Of a stretch of DNA of 64,000 bases, positions 51,114-64,000 are shown in pieces. Below the pieces are notes generated by a model, which worked only from the letters and a program-made list of their open reading frames with translations, had not been told where the DNA came from and ran no database searches. The stretch's first letter is position 1; the number at the start of each line of letters is the position of its first letter. Origin of the DNA: Ptychomitrium polyphyllum (Eukaryota); contig OZ316776.1 of NCBI GenBank assembly GCA_973851085.1, positions 14,260,001-14,324,000 on the forward strand. The letters run 5' to 3'. Both the position numbers and the translations under genes were made by a program.

Positions 51114-51138
51114 GATATGATATTTATTTGTACAGTAG

Positions 51139-51284
51139 TTTGATGTGACCATAGAAAGCCATCACAGTGTTGAATAAAAAATTTATATAAAGAGATGCAA
51201 TCATGTTTGATGTGACCATAGAAAGCCATCACAGTGTTGAATGAAAAATTTATATATAAATATGCAATCATGTTTGATGTGACT
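51139..51284. repeat. 67-bp tandem repeat x2.2 (right outer arm of foldback)
   Basis: TGATGTGAC starts at 51141, 51208 and 51275. The unit is an inverted, internally shortened relative of the 100-bp left unit. Confidence 0.88.
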
Positions 51285-53879
51285 AAAGCAAAGTCAAGTA
51301 CCATGAGGTAAATTATATAATATAAAAGAACAACTTTATATATATAGACATATAATCACACCTAAATGTGACTTTTAGAAATCAGATATTATCAATCAAT
51401 ATCAATTAATTTTTATTCTATATAATAATAGTTATTATATTAGAATAAATTTAAATATTTGAAAACACTCTTATTAGCATAGATCATTGTATTTGAAAAA
51501 CTTATAATATCCAAAGTTCTTTATTAGAATCCACACTATTTAGCTTTGTAAGCAAAATCCCTTTTTGTAGTTGTGGATGATAATATAATTTAAAAATTTG
51601 TAACATTTAAGATTTTAGAAAAATTTAATTTAAATTCTTTAATTCTACATCACATTATTTGATAACCTATATTATAACAAAAATAATCATAATAAATTTT
51701 AAAAGGCTCAATTGAATGGATGTTAGATAGCAAAAGAAGACACTTGTTGTAGCTTTTAATAAATTTTATTAAAAAATGTGATCATTAAAGAATTTTAATT
51801 TGGAATTTTATATATATACAAGCCCAAGAAGTTAATTTGATGTTTGAAATAGTATTAGAAAACTATAACATGTGCACTTTTACAAAATATTAATAGAAAT
51901 TAGATAGGTTTTTTTGTTTTCATTGTAAGTTGTGATGATACATGCTACATTTAAAGATGTAATAAGAGTAACAGATAATATGTAATATTTATTTTGAATC
52001 CAATACTTTGCCATTTTTTACAATGTTTTCAAGATGGAACAAATAAAACTTAACAAACATGTTCTTTATAGCGCATGGTTGGATGTACATAAAGATTAGC
52101 AAGAACTTTAACCAAAAGAAGGACATATTTGTTCCTCATGTAAAGATATTTATTTGACATTGGAATTAGAATCCTTTGCTTTCTAGAGCCAAAGCCTTGT
52201 AGTGGATGAAACTAGTGTCAAACTTCAAAAGCCACATTTTAAAAATAACAAGCCAATTGAACATCCAATATTTCTTAGTTCCTTTCATATAATATACAAC
52301 ATTGTTGTTGAAAAACCAATATGGAATGTACATGCTACTTGATATGATAATCCTTCTTTATTTCAAATAGATTATGACAAACTTATTATTGAATTTTAAA
52401 TTTCATGTTAAATTTGGTGTCCATGTTAGCTTGAATAGCCTAATACTTCTAAATTCTTTGGGATAAATTTTGATATACAACTAAAAATGACACATTCATT
52501 TTCTTCCATAGAAATTGTGTGGATAATACCATTATCACAATTGGAGAGGGATTATTCAATGCAAGCTAAGACTATCAAACATGATAAGTTAAACAATATC
52601 AAACAACTTATTTAGTGACAATCATAACAAGTAAGATGACAATGTCCTTGAAATTTACTTTTATGAAAGTCTATTTTATTGTCTTTAGTGCATTTTCCAA
52701 AAAAACATCTGATAAGGGTGTCTGGGGCTGTACATATTGCTATTAAAAGTCGTCTTTAAGTTACACTTATCATCATTGATCTCCTTGTTGAAAAGGTAAC
52801 TTTTTTTTTATTGATGTTGAAATTAGATCCAAAAATGAGATTGTAAGAAAATTGTAGTACGCATTTCAATATGGAGATCCTGTACACTTAAATAAGATAA
52901 AAATAATGTACAAAACTAAAATTTAAAATAAAATGAAATAAAAGAACGTTATTCGAAAGAGAAATGCCATGATCCTTGACTGTAACAAATTGAGAAAAAA
53001 ATACAAATTTTAATAACAAAAATTAGATATGATTGTATGAAACAATGGATGAAATTTGATATTGGTTGCTTTCTTCCATGCTTCCAACTAGACAATACTA
53101 TTGTGTGGTAGTAAGCAACAAGAAGTAACCACTTCAATGCAATGTATTGAAATAATAAAACAAACAATACCAAATTTCATCCAAAATTTTGAATTAAAAT
53201 TTATAATTATCCATCAACTTTTAGATATTCATCATTATTGACCTCCTAATGTTATACTTTATTTTTTATTCCTTCTTCTAAGGCCTTGTTTATTTGAGGT
53301 ATTTACAAGATGCATTGGTCTCTTATAATAATTCATCACATATTTTTCAACACCTTGGTAGTTTTAAGTGTTGCACAAATTTAATCTTCAATGAATAAAT
53401 TAATCCTATATTTTAAAGCGTGCAGTTTTATAATTTTTGCACATTGACTTCCTAAGGAGCCAATATGTATTTGATGCAGTTATTCACGAGGTAAATATAT
53501 ATTTATAATACATGCATTAGCTTTCAATGACAGTTGGCACCTTGTTGTTACATAATGTCCTTATTTTAAACTTGTGAAAGCCTAAATAGACTTCTATAAA
53601 GTCTAGCAATACAGAAGTATTATGCTATTGGATGCTGGCAAAGAGTACTAATTTTTACCATTACTATGAGATCCAATATTAATATAAGATATTATACCAA
53701 GTCTCATACAAAACCAACAGAGACTTTTCAAATTAGTGTGAGAATTAAATAACAAATAATATTTTGAAAAAAGAACAATAACCATCTCACAATTTTCTTA
53801 GAAAGCATTTTGAAAGTGTTTTATTATCATATATTTACACTAATTTGAATTATTACTGAAGGCCACACTAGAGAGTGCC

Positions 53880-54420
53880 ACTGTGAGTATTTTCAGTAAG
53901 TGCAATAATGGGTGTACCTGAGTTTGCATAGTACACACTGCAGAACTGTAGCCCAAGAGGACTGCCACCACCTTAACCCCTTACTGATTGCCTGATTGAT
54001 GGATGTGATTGCAATGACTAATTGTCATTTGGGAACATGATGCCATTCTGAGAATTTCTGACCCCCAAGTATCCATCAATTGCAAGCCTCACAAGGCTAT
54101 ATACCTGCCTGTGGATTTTTGGAGTGGATTTTTTTCTGTTGGTTGTGTGGATCCTGTAGCCTGCAAGTCAATCCATCATGTCAAACTTAGTCTGACCAGG
54201 CTTGTGCTTCAAAACTCTGCAAGTCTGCATTAGCAATACAGAGTGCAGAATTAGAGCAACAAATTCAGGATTTCTGGGACTGTTTGTGTTTAATTTGTAA
54301 GCGTATCCTTAAGTTACAGTGCGACAGTACAAATTAGGGTGGACTGTAGAAGTGCCTTGTGAGGACTTCAATGGAATAGAGCCATGAAGTGATTACCTCT
54401 TTCTGGGCCTTTCATGCATC
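53880..54420 (-). mobile_element. Decayed Gypsy RNase H end / integrase-proximal remnant
   Basis: The minus strand near 54220-54160 reads RVLKHKPGQTKFDMMD*LAG (cf. F.I.HKPG..N..AD.LSR). GC-richer, CpG-poor patch. Confidence 0.45.
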
Positions 54421-57400
54421 TCCTTTGAAATTAAACTACAAGGGTTATAAGTACATAATAAAAGCTAACACATGTTTCATGTGTCGTTTTTAATAAACTC
54501 AGAAATTTGCCATAACAACTTTTCAACAATTACTACATAAACATTCATAATATTCAAAAAAATTTGCACAGCCAAAATTAATATGTGGAATATTCTCGTT
54601 CTTTAAACTAAAAATGTTATGTGAACTTTGCTTAGTTACAACTCATTATCATGTATATGTAGACAAATCTAACCATATAGACATGAAGTGCTACACTATT
54701 TATAGTCTTTAAAGTGAATCTACTAACTTTTTATTAATGCACTTATATAAGTATTTGTATTAATGCAATTCATGCCTTTAAGTTCATTAAGTACATATGT
54801 TAAAACTAGATTAAAATCATGAAAAGATCAAAGTTCAAAAATATTGCATAGTCACTAATTGCATTAGTGTTCTATAATGAGTTGTTTTATTTTTATTTTA
54901 AAGATTCAATAAATTTCTTTCTTTTGCTCAAATTGAGATAAAATGAATCCATTGCACCTCTCCTTTGTAAAGAGCTTTTTTTGCATTTGAACTGTCACAA
55001 GATGACTTGTAAAATGGGAAATCCAAGCACTGCTCCAAAATTATTATCAATCAAACAAAACAAATCACCACTTTCATTTATATATTCAAAAGTTGTAATA
55101 TAATGGTTTTTATTTTTTGATCTTGTAAAATTCAAGTGTTTTTCTCTCAGATGGAACACTTGCATTTTCCAATGATGGTGCATGAATTCATCTTTTTAGA
55201 ACGTAAATTATATTTTATTTCTTTCTAAGATACTTTTAGCTAATGCAAATATTTGGCATTCTCTATTTGACATATAAATATACAAATTACTAAAAGTTAT
55301 TTTATCATTATGAAAATAATTTATTGGCTAAATTTAGAACGTATAAATTAATATGTCTATCTACTCAGATATTTTTTTTGTCAACACATAACATTCTTAT
55401 CCATGATATTTTGTAGGAAGGTTTATTGAATATTATGCTTGATTTATTATCTTGAATTTGAGCATTATCATCAATAATAATGATTTAAGACAATAAAGTA
55501 AGAATATTGTGCATGTTTATATTAGCTAAGGTCATAGCATATTAAGTATAAATACTTTTTTGCCAAATACATTTAACATGAATATATATTTATTGTTTGG
55601 AATCAAAGAGTATTTAATATCACAACTATTAAATTTATGTTTATAAGTTTTTATCAGATTTTTTTTTTCAATTAAAATATTATAATTTCATGTAATCAAT
55701 TACTAGAATATTACACTGAAAATATATCCAAGTTGAATATACATACAATAATTGGGATAAAAAATTGAGGTTGTTATGAATTAAAATTGATGCTAAACTT
55801 TTACATTGAATTAGCTCTTGGATTGAATTCAGCATTTATTTTATGCCAAATGGGTTTTTGAAACTTTGTTAAACCTTAATTATAATTTGGCAATTTAAAT
55901 AATATGAATTAAAACAGAATATATACTCAAATAGATTTAATAACCCTAATTATTAAATTTTCTACCATAGTTGCAAATTAATCAACCTAGAATGCTTTTG
56001 AAGTTATTGATAATTCAATAAGATTGAAAATCTTAAAACAATATGAAATCTACTTTATTAGCCTGTATAGTGTTGTCTATCAATTTTATTGCAAAGTAAG
56101 GCTTGTAATTTTGGCTTGCAGTAGGTAATGGAAAAACAATCATTTTAAATTAACTAAAATGACCAATTAAACCATGTTCAAAAACAAAACGATTTTATGA
56201 TAGGCTCATGGATATTGCGCTCATATCTTATATTTTTATAAAGTTATAAATACCAATATGGTATTCATAATTAATTTTGAAATATTCAATAAAATTTCTT
56301 CAATAATAAAAACAAAATAATTTCACAAATTTTAATAAGTTGAATTTACCATTTTAAGACAAATGCATATAAATTTTCATAAATTGTGTAGAATATTTGT
56401 TATAATATATTGACTCCAAAATAACATAGGTCCTAAAATCTTATTCTATCAACTAATATATCATTTGGAAAGGAACCAAAACCAATCATGAAGAAAATAA
56501 ACTCATTTATATTTGGTATTTAAGCATTTGATTTTATGTACTAATTTAAATCAAATAAATAAAAATTTAACAATTAATAATAAATTCTTAGTTAATTAGT
56601 CAATATCAAATTCCAATCTTTCATATGTTATTATTTCATAACTTTCACTTCTTAGGTCATAGCCTTCAGAAATCTTGAAACTTAAAATTGTTGAAAAATT
56701 TGTCTTTATATATGCCATAGCGTTGAAAAGGAATTATCTAACATTTTTGTTCCATATCACATGAATTGAATACTCAAATTGCACTTAATTGTGACAATTA
56801 AAAATCCTTCAAATACATACAATTATCTAGAATAATGTTTTAGATAAAAGATCTACTCATGTATTAAACACCTTCAAAAGCATAAATTATACATTGTTGT
56901 GTAGTTCATATTTGGAATAGATTTTTTAAATATTTTCAAAGAAAATCATTTTTGTAAGCTTTAATGTGTTATAATTGCTAATTAGAATGAGAATATTATA
57001 TTCATCAAAAATAAAATGTATACATTTTAAAACAAAACATATAGATTCAATATAAGTTACAAACCAACAAATAAAAATTCCTTATGAATTATATACAATA
57101 TTTATTTTAAAGTTTCATATGTCACTAAAACACCTACTATATATAATATATTTGAGTTTCATTAATTTTATCTTAGAGAATTTGGTAAAGTATATATTAT
57201 TTACAAAATTAGAAGTCCAAAAAATTATGTTTGAAGTTTATAAAATATGTCATTAATACATATTATAAGAGTTCATTAGTAATGTTGGAGGTTCTTGATT
57301 TTTCCTATATACAAGAAATATTATATTGGCTACTGCATTATACAATTAAATGTTACATTTAAGTATTTTATTTTTAGCAAGAGCCATCAACACTATGAAA

Positions 57401-58679
57401 CACATTTATTTTTAAAAATGATTTATTTATAAAAAATCAATGGAAAATTTTGGTGAATGATAGGCCTTATTTATAATATATATATGAAATCTAATTAATT
57501 AATATTTTAAAGATGCTTAACAATCTTATAAAGAAAACAATTGACAAAAAATGTTGTAATCAATTAAATAATGGACTCCTCCAATTGTTAGTGTTACAAT
57601 TAGTAGTAGCAATGAAGTATTTGTTAATCAATTTTTGAAGAATGTTTTACAAATACTAGCATACAATGGAATGTTGTTGGATAGGTTCCTTGTGATGGCC
57701 ACCATTCACCATTTTATTGTGTTAGCAACTTATGCCACCTCCTTTAATCCTTAGAATAGTACTATTTTGCATGTGTTCTTTCATGGATTCATCCATTCAT
57801 TGTTGATGTATTTGACAATATTTTGATGTGATATAGTGGTAATCACATTAATTAACTAAAAGAATTGCTATAACTTTTGTAAATAAGATAAATATTTTTA
57901 TATATTATATTTATAAGAGTCTTTTTAAATAAATAGTATCATGATAAAAAGTTTAATTTGTATAAAAAGTTATAAAATTGAATAAATAATGAATGTGATT
58001 GACACCAAGTTGTACTTCTGAGTATACTAAAAATATGGTTAGGTATTCCTTGAAGAAATGTCTCCTTATGAATTATGAGTACCAACATAAAATATTTTAG
58101 AGAAGGCACTTGATTATCTTAGAATTAAGAAGGATGAATCTCCTTTATTCCCTACTTCATTTAGTTTGAAATTATATCTTGTACTTATGATAACTTTTAT
58201 CAAAAGATGAGGTTTTCCACCTTTAAAGAATGTTAGACTTTCACCAACATATCATCATTGAATTGTCATGGAAATTCGAATTAATTGCATATGAAATTAA
58301 TACTTGAAAATTCTACCATTAAAAGTACATTAATTTTTTTAACGTAAAACAGACACAATATTAAAAGTGTAGTAAAATGATACTACATTTTAAAATGTGC
58401 TTGCAATTGGTTGGTGTATGCGGTGGAGATGATGTTCTGAGGCTATCAGCTAAGAAACTGTTGCTTTTACAGGAGGGAAAATGAAACATAGAAGATTCCG
58501 TAAGGTGCATCATGTGGCGTCCGCGTCTGTCGAATCAGACGACGTCGCAAAACTAGATCGACACATTAAGAAACCCATTCAAAATCTGCTCACTGTCCGT
58601 TGGCTTTGGGCCTTGGCTCAATGTTTCTGCGTGAGGGAATTTAGCACCTAATTTAGAATGGCAATGAAGAGATCTAGAA

Positions 58680-58756
58680 GGCTAAAGGCTAGAGGCTAGA
58701 GGCTAGGGGCTAGAGGCTAGAGGCTAGAGGCTAGAGGTTAGAGGTTAGAGGGGGGG
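58680..58756. repeat. G-rich heptamer tandem array (GGCTAGA/GGTTAGA x10) ending in G7
   Basis: Units: GGCTAAA, GGCTAGA x2, GGCTAGG, GGCTAGA x4, GGTTAGA x2, then GGGGGGG. Confidence 0.95.
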
Positions 58757-59620
58757 TGCCTCAGGTATCCCAATGGGTTCCCTCCCCCACAGGTCAAATG
58801 CCTTCGCGACCCCACGCTTGCTGCCTTTCTTGTGCCAAAAAGCTTCGTATTGTCTCATGTTCGAGGCCCACTTTCGCTCCCTGCCCCTTGAGACGCGATC
58901 AATCACCCACTCTTGTGTTGCATAGAATAAGTTGCCTTCTGAGATTCTGGGGTCCTGAAGAGTCCACTGTGTACTAACTTTTCACGTCCTGCAAACGATC
59001 TCCCAGTTCATTATTGAAGAGAAAAAGAACCAAACAGAATGCCACCCGCTATCTCACAATTCACCCTCACTCGAATTCCAGTTCCCTCTTTTTATTTAAT
59101 ACCGTGAATGCACCAAGTGCATGCAGATATTCTACCATAAACGAGGTAAAAGTTGCATGTTCTGAGAATTGCAGAGTTGCAATCCACCAATTTCTCAAAG
59201 CCTGGTGGATTCAATAGGCATTAGCGAATTGATGAGTTGTGGCCGCTGAGTATGAGAAAACAGTACAGCCTCAGAACACCTCAATGCACCTAAATGCACC
59301 TAAATCTTGGTTTAATTCCTTGGTAAAGGTAACCTGATCCATCTCATCATCCCAAGAAGGCACGACATTATCCACGACGTTATCAGCTTTCGTAGATTCT
59401 AGAATACTTCTACTAATACATGTATAATGGAAGTACTATCTGGAGTACAACTTGCCAAGAATGGATCCGGAAGGACTCAGGAATTCATTTTGCAGTCAAA
59501 GAACAGCATTTTAAGTACAAGGACCCACTGTTTACATGGTGGGGACGCAGATAGACAAGCCTATCTCTCCATTATCGACTTTCAGATACGAAGGCAGAGA
59601 CTTTCATGGTCCTTTCTTAC

Positions 59621-61623
59621 CTATTCTTGCTTGATTCTGTTTTTGAACTATCCAGACATTCTGGGGCAAAACAAACAACCCCATATAGCTCTCTCAATGC
59701 CCACATAATAGCTCGATTGACATCAATCATTCAAACAGCTCATCTTGTAAAATATTTCAGTTCACTTGCATCGCTTAACCTGAATTTTCTAGTACCGGTA
59801 CATGACAAGTATGGACCACATCAGGCAGAACGCTCTGTACCACCTACCAACTGTTTCTAATAAAGACAGCCACATGCCTTTGGAGTTCTGAGTTCAGAGG
59901 TCCTTTCTAGAGAGAAATGTGATTTAAGTTGGATCTTCTGGTTCTCATTCGGCAACCTACAGGTTCAGAGATGCCAATTAAGCAGATTGAATTTGGCAGT
60001 CCACAGGTTCATAGTAAAGTACACTACCAATGGATATTGATAGACACTTCGATACCTGACTTGCCCATGTACGACCAAGTGAAAAAGTGAACAAACCCTG
60101 TTTTGCTATTTGCACACTATTTGTTATTATCATGTATCAAAAATGAATAAAACACATGATTTCCAACAACACAAGTGTAGTTTCGAAAAGAGCACGAAAA
60201 GAAGTAAAGAATGTCGAATAATTTGTGCAGTGTACATCACTTTAAAATTGAGCCCAGTAATACTTACCTTTGAAAGATCCAGCTGCTACACAAGACCTTA
60301 ACAGCACGAATCATGACAACGTATCCAGGAACTAAATAGAATACCCAATGATGTGTGAAGGTAATATATGTAGGGTCTCAAAACCCTGCAACCAAGGTGA
60401 ACTAAAGGACCTAGTACTTCTATAGATTCTAATCTCTAACTCTGTACCTAGAGCAAATATTGCACAATTTCACAGCAGAGAAATCCGACAAGACTTGAAA
60501 AGTAAGCCTCTCCCTCTCGACTGATACAGGTTTGAGATTCCTTCGATCGCCATGCTACTCTTAAAATCTGTTTCTAACTATCAGCAAATGGTAGAACTAC
60601 AATTTGGTGCAATATAACATGCAACAAGTCAAAATATACACGAACAAGTAACAAATCACCCATAATTAATTATCTGAGACGGTGCTGAGGCAACCCCAAT
60701 GGCAGCATAGGCAATGTCCATGTGCGGAAATCATGCAATGAAGTGTCAACTATGAACCTCTTCACAATCTTTTCTCCTCCAGACGCCATAGCCCTTACAA
60801 CTCCAACCCTGCTGTTCTAAAACTTGAAGCAAGTCGAGCATAGTGTACCCCAGTAGCAGATGCAACCACAGAGGGGATGCCGATCATGATAAAGTTAATT
60901 TAGCAGCTTCAAATTAGAATTCTAGGACAAGGGGCTTGTACTAAGACATCATAAATACTGCTGTAACATGAGGTCCGACTCTTATCGTCTAGCAACTAGA
61001 ACTGCAGTCTTGACTAATCTAGAATCAAACCCAAAATTAGGGGTACAAGGAGGAAATCTTATAAGTTACCACACATTATTAGGCAAGAGGATGCGACCAG
61101 TTGAATGACAATCTTAACATTTCTGCTCACTCCTAATCTGAAGAAACTATAGCAACATTATAATAGTTGAGCAGGAACAGAGGGGAACGAAAGGAAACCA
61201 CCATACGACAACCCCAAGAGCTCTGAGGCTAGCTCTCGTCTTCCCAACGTCCAATTCACTCGCCACTCTTCTTCTGCGGAACTGGAATCCGGTTTTGCAT
61301 TTGGTACCAATAATGTCGACAGAGCAGAAATTGTGATTGCATTGAGACGGAGGTCCAACTTAGCTGCAACTAGAGCTGTTTTGGAGCGAATTCTCACGGC
61401 GAATCTTATGGTCAGGCAGTTCTTCTGAGGTTCCTGCATTATGTGAACGTGATAGTCTCTCAACATGCATCACAACACAGATGACCCAGTGATTTTACGA
61501 CTTAATTTAATTTACACAAGAGGAAAATTACAGCTTCATCACCTTACATTGCCGTACGAGCACCGATTCTCTCCCTGATTTACGATAGTCACAAGGACTG
61601 ACTCGATTTCTCCTTGCTGTATC
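59621..61623 (-). other. Series of exon-like segments with canonical splice sites (spliced 3' region of the F-box transcript, or a separate gene relic)
   Basis: Minus-strand candidates: 61623-61543/61548 (TTAGCAG|...|GT), 61433-61207 (ATGCAG|...|GTATGG), a donor AAG|GTAAGTA at 60268, 59956-59878 (CTGTAG|...|GC donor) and 59660-59621 (TTTTGCCCCAG|...AG|GTAAGA). They are separated by T-rich intron-like sequence. No protein family recognised. Confidence 0.4.
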
Positions 61624-61804
61624 CTGCTAAGTGGGTTTAGCTATTTGCAAACTCTGTGTCACAGAGAACACACAAACTATGTACAAATCTACTTGCTTAG
61701 CTTCCCTAGCCGTAGAAGCTAGGGGTTCAATGGAACAGTAGTCAAGCCGTAAAATTACAGCTCCTTTCAAAAATTCATAATTCAAGCAACCAATCATCAC
61801 AAAA

Positions 61805-63089
61805 TCAACTCATTAGTGGACTTATCTCCCTCATGTCAAGATGGACGAAGCCCGCATAAATGCCATAACGAGCTTGAACTGTGCCTTGCATGTGATCAAT
61901 GTTTTCCAGCATCCCATGCCAAGAATTCTTCAACAAATCAAATTCCACACGGTGACCTAAAGATTAAATGAGTATAGAATCTTCACACTCAACTGCAATC
62001 AAGTGATCACGCAACACTTTCTTGGGATGCTCTACAAAAATCCTTCTTGATATCCTGGAGTGCTTCAACAATTCCGCCACCTTAATTAGCTTCTTCTCGA
62101 CGAGCAGAATCTCCCATATGCTAACCTTAATCTGCAATTTTATGTAGTCCAACATAAAACTCCCTGCCGGTATGGTCCGGATACTAGATGCAAGTCCATA
62201 ATATTCCACATAAAACAAGCAACACAAGCTCACTTCCAGCAGCAATTTATCGCTTCGAGAAGGTGGTGGAGTCAATTTTACATCAATATAGTTCCATGCA
62301 TCAGTCTCAGTGTCACAGGGATACAATTTAGGAGAGCACGGTGCCGCCGACGTCTCCACAAACAAAGCATAAAAAACGACTTGCACGAAGAGGCTCGCAC
62401 AGGCACGGTACTTATCTTCTGGAGGCGCTTCATAAAGCTTCCTCCACTGCATGCTGTGGAATCGTACATGTAAACTTAATTCGATGGAAGCCCTTGCTCA
62501 CAGGGTTGCACCTAATGTGGTGCTCGAGAGGAGCGCCCGTCCCAAAACCATAGAAAATTGCATAGACGACTACTTCATTGACAGCTATAGTGTCCTTAAA
62601 CCACCTACCCTTGTGCACTTGAGTTTGAAACATAACCAGCAATAAAAGAATCACTCAGCCTGAAGAACCGCTCCTCGGCCATGTCCAGCATTTCCTAATC
62701 CATTCTCGTTTGTGCCTTCGCGGCCTTAACGTCCACCACTTTAGGCGTGAAAAGAACATACGATGCTTGCCGAGGCGCTTGCGCACATATAGACTCAAAT
62801 CGAGGCTGACTTATAACTTGATTCCAGTTCCTGCAGATCAGTCGGGACCGGCACAAGACATGTACACGAAGGCAAACAAACACATATTCCAGAATTCCCA
62901 GGAGGCAAATCTCTCCACACTCTCGCTATGATCGCCATACCAGAATCCGACTTCCTCAATGTGCTGATAATTTTCTCTAAGACCGTTCGATCTTAAATCT
63001 CCTGCTTTTGACTCAAGGTCATCCCTCAGCTGGAAAAACACATCAAATTCAAGATTGCTGTAATTGTGTCATCCCTCCATGTCGTCCAT
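61805..63089 (-). pseudogene. F-box protein pseudogene (F-box plus plant F-box-associated/kelch-like C-terminus)
   Basis: Reconstruction across frames: MDDMEG*..., then MAIIARVWRDLPP / GILEYVFVCLRVHVLCRSRLICRNWNQVISQPRFESIC (classic F-box W..LP..IL..VF..L....L.R.R.IC+.WN..I...F), then RMD*EMLDM, CNPVSKGF (CNP.T+.W motif), MYDS / QWRKL, YPCDTETDAW and GHRVEFDLLKNSW. At least 5 frameshifts or stops. Confidence 0.8.
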
Positions 63090-63147
63090 CGATAAACTAA
63101 TTCCTTCGAGACCCGTTACAAATAACACAGCCGAGCTGAAATTTGGT

Positions 63148-63325
63148 CTACAGATTGAAGTAGGGTCTACTAGAAACCGAACTTAAAGAAAGGTACGCTA
63201 ACATACACGTCTTTGCAGTTATCTCATCCTTCCAACGTAAAGCTTTTCGACAACTTCTACAAACGCTCTACAAACGCCAAGTTTCAAGTTGGACTGTGGA
63301 AAATGGATAAAGACAAGCTTAGTAC
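63148..63325 (-). other. Putative 5'UTR intron of the F-box pseudogene
   Basis: Minus-strand CAAG|GTACT donor at 63325 and CTGTAG|AC acceptor at 63148, about 60 nt upstream of the ATG at 63089. Confidence 0.4.
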
Positions 63326-63424
63326 CTTGAGACAGGAAGCTGAGTAGCCCCAAATTGTAGTCATGCATGGCCAACACAGTCGAGCGTCTCCGGAGTCCGC
63401 ACAACGCAGCCGACTGCGCCCTTG

Positions 63425-63472
63425 CCGACAGAGCCATGCACCGACAGAGCGATGCACCGACAGAGCCATGCA
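63425..63472. repeat. 16-bp tandem repeat x3 (CCGACAGAGC[C/G]ATGCA) carrying DRE/CRT and RY cores
   Basis: Units 63425-63440, 63441-63456 and 63457-63472, read directly. Confidence 0.92.
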
Positions 63473-64000
63473 AGGTTGCGATTCTAGAACATGCGGTACG
63501 GACAACGAGTTCTTTTTCTTTCCTTTTCTTTTTTTCAGAAACAATTATTCAGTTATTTGATGAAACTGAAATTCATCACTCAAATGGAACTCTAGACAAC
63601 CCTCTTGAAAATCAATGAGGGAGGAATCTTTTGTTTGTGTGGTTGAGAAAGGTAGGATAATATACTAAAGCTAGGTGCAAGGCTTAGTAGTACTGCTTAA
63701 TTTTACATTTAAAAAAAAACTTAAGATGCCATTATACATCCGAGAATTTTTAAACATCCTTAATTATTGAGCTTTAAGATTGATAAATTTTTTGAAATTT
63801 TTTATGACTTTCTTTCACTTAATCTTATTGTATTATTTTTAAGTTTGGAACATCAATTAATGACATGTAGCCATTGTTCTTGTTTTATTAGCAAGCTATA
63901 ATTAGTAGGCTTATGCCATTTGAAGCCAAATGCCCAAATATTATAGCCAATTTGGATACATTATGAACTTGTGTACATCCTAGAAATAATTTTTCTTTAA

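Noticed and set aside
63510..63618. Plus-strand polypyrimidine tract + AG followed by a short open frame
   Set aside because: No credible upstream + strand exon or donor at intron distance, and no recognisable peptide.

Overview
Eukaryotic, plant-type genomic DNA. The composition and gene style suggest a moss such as Physcomitrium patens, but this is an inference. About 75% of the window is a very AT-rich, CpG-depleted stretch of heavily decayed LTR-retrotransposon remnants, mostly Ty3/Gypsy gag/protease/RT/RNaseH/integrase fragments with no intact ORFs. Two CpG-retaining islands interrupt it. Island 1 (~38.4-46.2 kb) holds one intact single-exon VQ-motif gene (41604-42539, +) of the 'IHIFAP..IKTDV.NFR' subtype and a 100-N assembly gap. 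Island 2 (~58.4-63.6 kb) holds a multiply disrupted F-box protein pseudogene (-), a downstream series of exon-like segments with canonical splice sites, a 16-bp tandem repeat that amplifies DRE and RY motifs, and a G-rich 7-mer array. The strongest non-coding structure is a foldback at ~49.9-51.4 kb. Its inner arms are 289 bp with 10 mismatches (all transitions) and no indels, nested in more diverged, tandemly repetitive outer arms. I found no tRNA, rRNA or CRISPR array. Most short ORFs in the supplied track are spurious. I cannot support a clearly novel multi-gene system; the best leads are listed as findings.
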